This document shows positions 37,526 through 39,216 of a stretch of DNA of 39,216 nucleotides, piece by piece. The position numbers were made by a program, and so were the translations under genes. How positions within the stretch are numbered: position 1 is the first letter of the stretch; each line of letters begins with the position of its first letter. Source of the DNA: Candidatus Sysuiplasma jiujiangense (lineage in GTDB: Archaea > Thermoplasmatota > Thermoplasmata > Sysuiplasmatales > Sysuiplasmataceae); NCBI GenBank assembly GCA_019721075.1, contig JAHEAD010000006.1, forward strand, positions 62,001-101,216, given 5' to 3'. Under the pieces are notes generated by a model, which was not told the DNA's origin, searched no databases, and saw nothing but the letters and a program-made list of their open reading frames with translations.

Positions 37526-38903
37526 CTCTTATCGCAGGCTGTTCGAGGAAGATCCCACCGACGATATCCCTTTGAACGATTTCATTGAAAGGCAGTGATG
37601 AATCCACAGTACCTGCTCTCACGAGAAGGAAAGTTGTTGTTTCAATCTGAAAGAAAGCCCCATGACAATCATCCGGCTTTGGGATTGCAGCAACATGAAA
37701 ATGAGAAACCCCGTTGTCTGAACAGAGGAAAGCGGGCATCTCGTTCACGGAGCACATACCGGTTTCATCGATTGAGCCGACGATCTTCCCAGGGATCAAA
37801 TCGCTTAGAACGCTTTTTGCCGCATGGTCTTCATCGGTTCCGGGACTTCTGACTGCTCCCTCGAGCTGTGGGAACGTGCGAACTATCGCGGGCCACGATA
37901 TCTTGAGAAAGGTTTTTGAAATATCCTTCCGACCCTCTTTCCTCAGATGTCTGGACTCATACTTAGCGGATGCAAGATACGGTGCCAGCGTCACCATGGC
38001 GGCGTCACGTTTGAGACTCAAGTCCTCCAAAACCTCAGCGAATAGAGATGATGTGATGAAGAGTGCATCTCCGTGGAGAACCGCCGCCTGATTTGTATTG
38101 GTGATTGCGTCGTAAGCATCAGAAGAAAAATTTCTTAATATGCTAAAGCGCAGGAGGCGCTGGACCAGAGCTTCAACCAACAGGGCTGCAAGGGGATCTT
38201 CTTGAATCGGCCGTTCAATTGCGATCTGCTTCCAGAAATTCAGCAACATATCGTACGTGGTCTCAGTCACCGTTTCATAATCGCCGAGACGCTGCCTTAA
38301 AAACAGGTTCAGACTATTAGGTGTTCTGAATGCCTTTCCGGCAATTCTAAAGGGCGAATCAAGAGACATGTGAATATCAAGCCTTTCTGGGCTGAAGCTC
38401 TCGACTGAGGTCGTACGCAGCATCAGTCGTGACGGCGGGATTCCACCCTTCTTACCTTTCGATACCGCTTCGGCCAATTTCGAATTTAAGGCGCTACACC
38501 ATGATTTTACACTGTCGTCGTATTCGATACCGTGTGCCTTCAAAGCGGTTACAAATTCTGCCGCAAACATACTAGGCCGGTTCGTCGTCCAGTCTCCCTC
38601 ATCCAGAAAACCGCCGGTGAACTCCTGGAAGAACTGTCCTTCGATGTCGACATCAGCTGCGTAAGATAGTGATATGACTGTGTGCCAGACTATTTTTCCG
38701 TCGTGTATTTTTTTGTCGCAGACGATAACAACCGCCACGGGCACTGCAGGATTAAAATAAAAAAAGGAAACCTCAGGCACAAGTGGCACACCCCTCCCAT
38801 GACTTCTGTGTTCGATTTTCGAAGTGACCATGGTTACCATACCCTGACCATGAGAAAATTCCCTCTTTTCGTGCTCTGACCAGCTGACCATCATGACCAT
38901 CAC
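37500..38903 (-). CDS. Hypothetical protein heading the replication operon (true start uncertain)
   Basis: Long ORF overlapping the primase start; 5' end overlaps the TGACCAT repeats. Confidence 0.65.
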   Translation of the reverse strand: MMVMMVSWSEHEKREFSHGQGMVTMVTSKIEHRSHGRGVPLVPEVSFFYFNPAVPVAVVIVCDKKIHDGKIVWHTVISLSYAADVDIEGQFFQEFTGGFLDEGDWTTNRPSMFAAEFVTALKAHGIEYDDSVKSWCSALNSKLAEAVSKGKKGGIPPSRLMLRTTSVESFSPERLDIHMSLDSPFRIAGKAFRTPNSLNLFLRQRLGDYETVTETTYDMLLNFWKQIAIERPIQEDPLAALLVEALVQRLLRFSILRNFSSDAYDAITNTNQAAVLHGDALFITSSLFAEVLEDLSLKRDAAMVTLAPYLASAKYESRHLRKEGRKDISKTFLKISWPAIVRTFPQLEGAVRSPGTDEDHAAKSVLSDLIPGKIVGSIDETGMCSVNEMPAFLCSDNGVSHFHVAAIPKPDDCHGAFFQIETTTFLLVRAGTVDSSLPFNEIVQRDIVGGIFLEQPAIRDAENEKRS

Positions 38904-39028
38904 TTTTTTTCGGCGGGGGAAGGCTGTTTTTCATCATGGTAATCTGGTCAATGGAAATTTGGAGACGCTGGCTCGGTTGAAATGTTGACCATGACAGGAT
39001 TCCTGACCATATCTGGTAAAAATGGTAA
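38825..39028. repeat. T(G/T)ACCA(T) iteron-like repeats in both orientations
   Basis: Direct copies at 38825, 38834, 38845, 38877, 38885, 38894, 38986, 39004; inverted at 38936, 38945, 39014, 39022. Confidence 0.65.
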
Positions 39029-39216
39029 GGCACACACAACCCATTGAATTCGTCGCCGACAACTCCGCTCTTTATCCACGCCTCTTCAAGCATTTTAAAA
39101 GCAGAGTTTGTAGCGTGCTATGGCGGCCATAAAGGGTTAGGAAAATAAGCGTTTTTGATTCGATTTTTGAATTGCCAGTGTGCTCGGACCGAAGAGTCTA
39201 AATAGTTAGTAGTATA

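Larger units (their letters stand above)
8168..39216. mobile_element. Integrated mobile element (provirus- or integrative-plasmid-like), right end beyond the window
   Basis: att-like left border, GC-richer backbone, own PCNA/primase/helicases, many short orphan ORFs, defence cargo; no integrase or capsid gene recognised in the window. Confidence 0.7.

Overview
Archaeal DNA, probably Thermoplasmatota (inferred from the GGTGA Shine-Dalgarno motif, PCNA, AEP primase and DUF2080-associated IS elements). Bases 1-8.2 kb are a pile-up of IS elements (IS1182 with terminal inverted repeats, remnants of an IS110 and another DDE transposase) and toxin-antitoxin/defence islets (AbiE, AAA_14-DUF4143, RelBE), punctuated by three tRNA-3'-end-like att remnants. 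From the att-like site at 8168 to the window end lies a large integrated element. It carries replication genes (PCNA, MCM-like AAA+, UvrD-like helicase, AEP primase, iteron-like repeats), defence cargo (frameshifted type IIG R-M, ApeA-like HEPN), secreted and Hint-domain surface proteins, and an array of 15 mostly small genes. Each array gene is preceded by a T-tract plus GGTG(A/C/G), usually after a short hairpin, and five appear to start at ACG or ATA. The standout is a ~760-nt structured non-coding region at the head of the array (11631-12394). Its core (11909-12262) folds by hand into an RNase P RNA catalytic domain (P2, P3, P4 with bulged U, P5, P7, P15, P16, expanded P19) in circularly permuted order: P1 is replaced by a short linker and the fold is opened at P7. 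All calls come from motif recognition by eye; no searches or folding programs were run.
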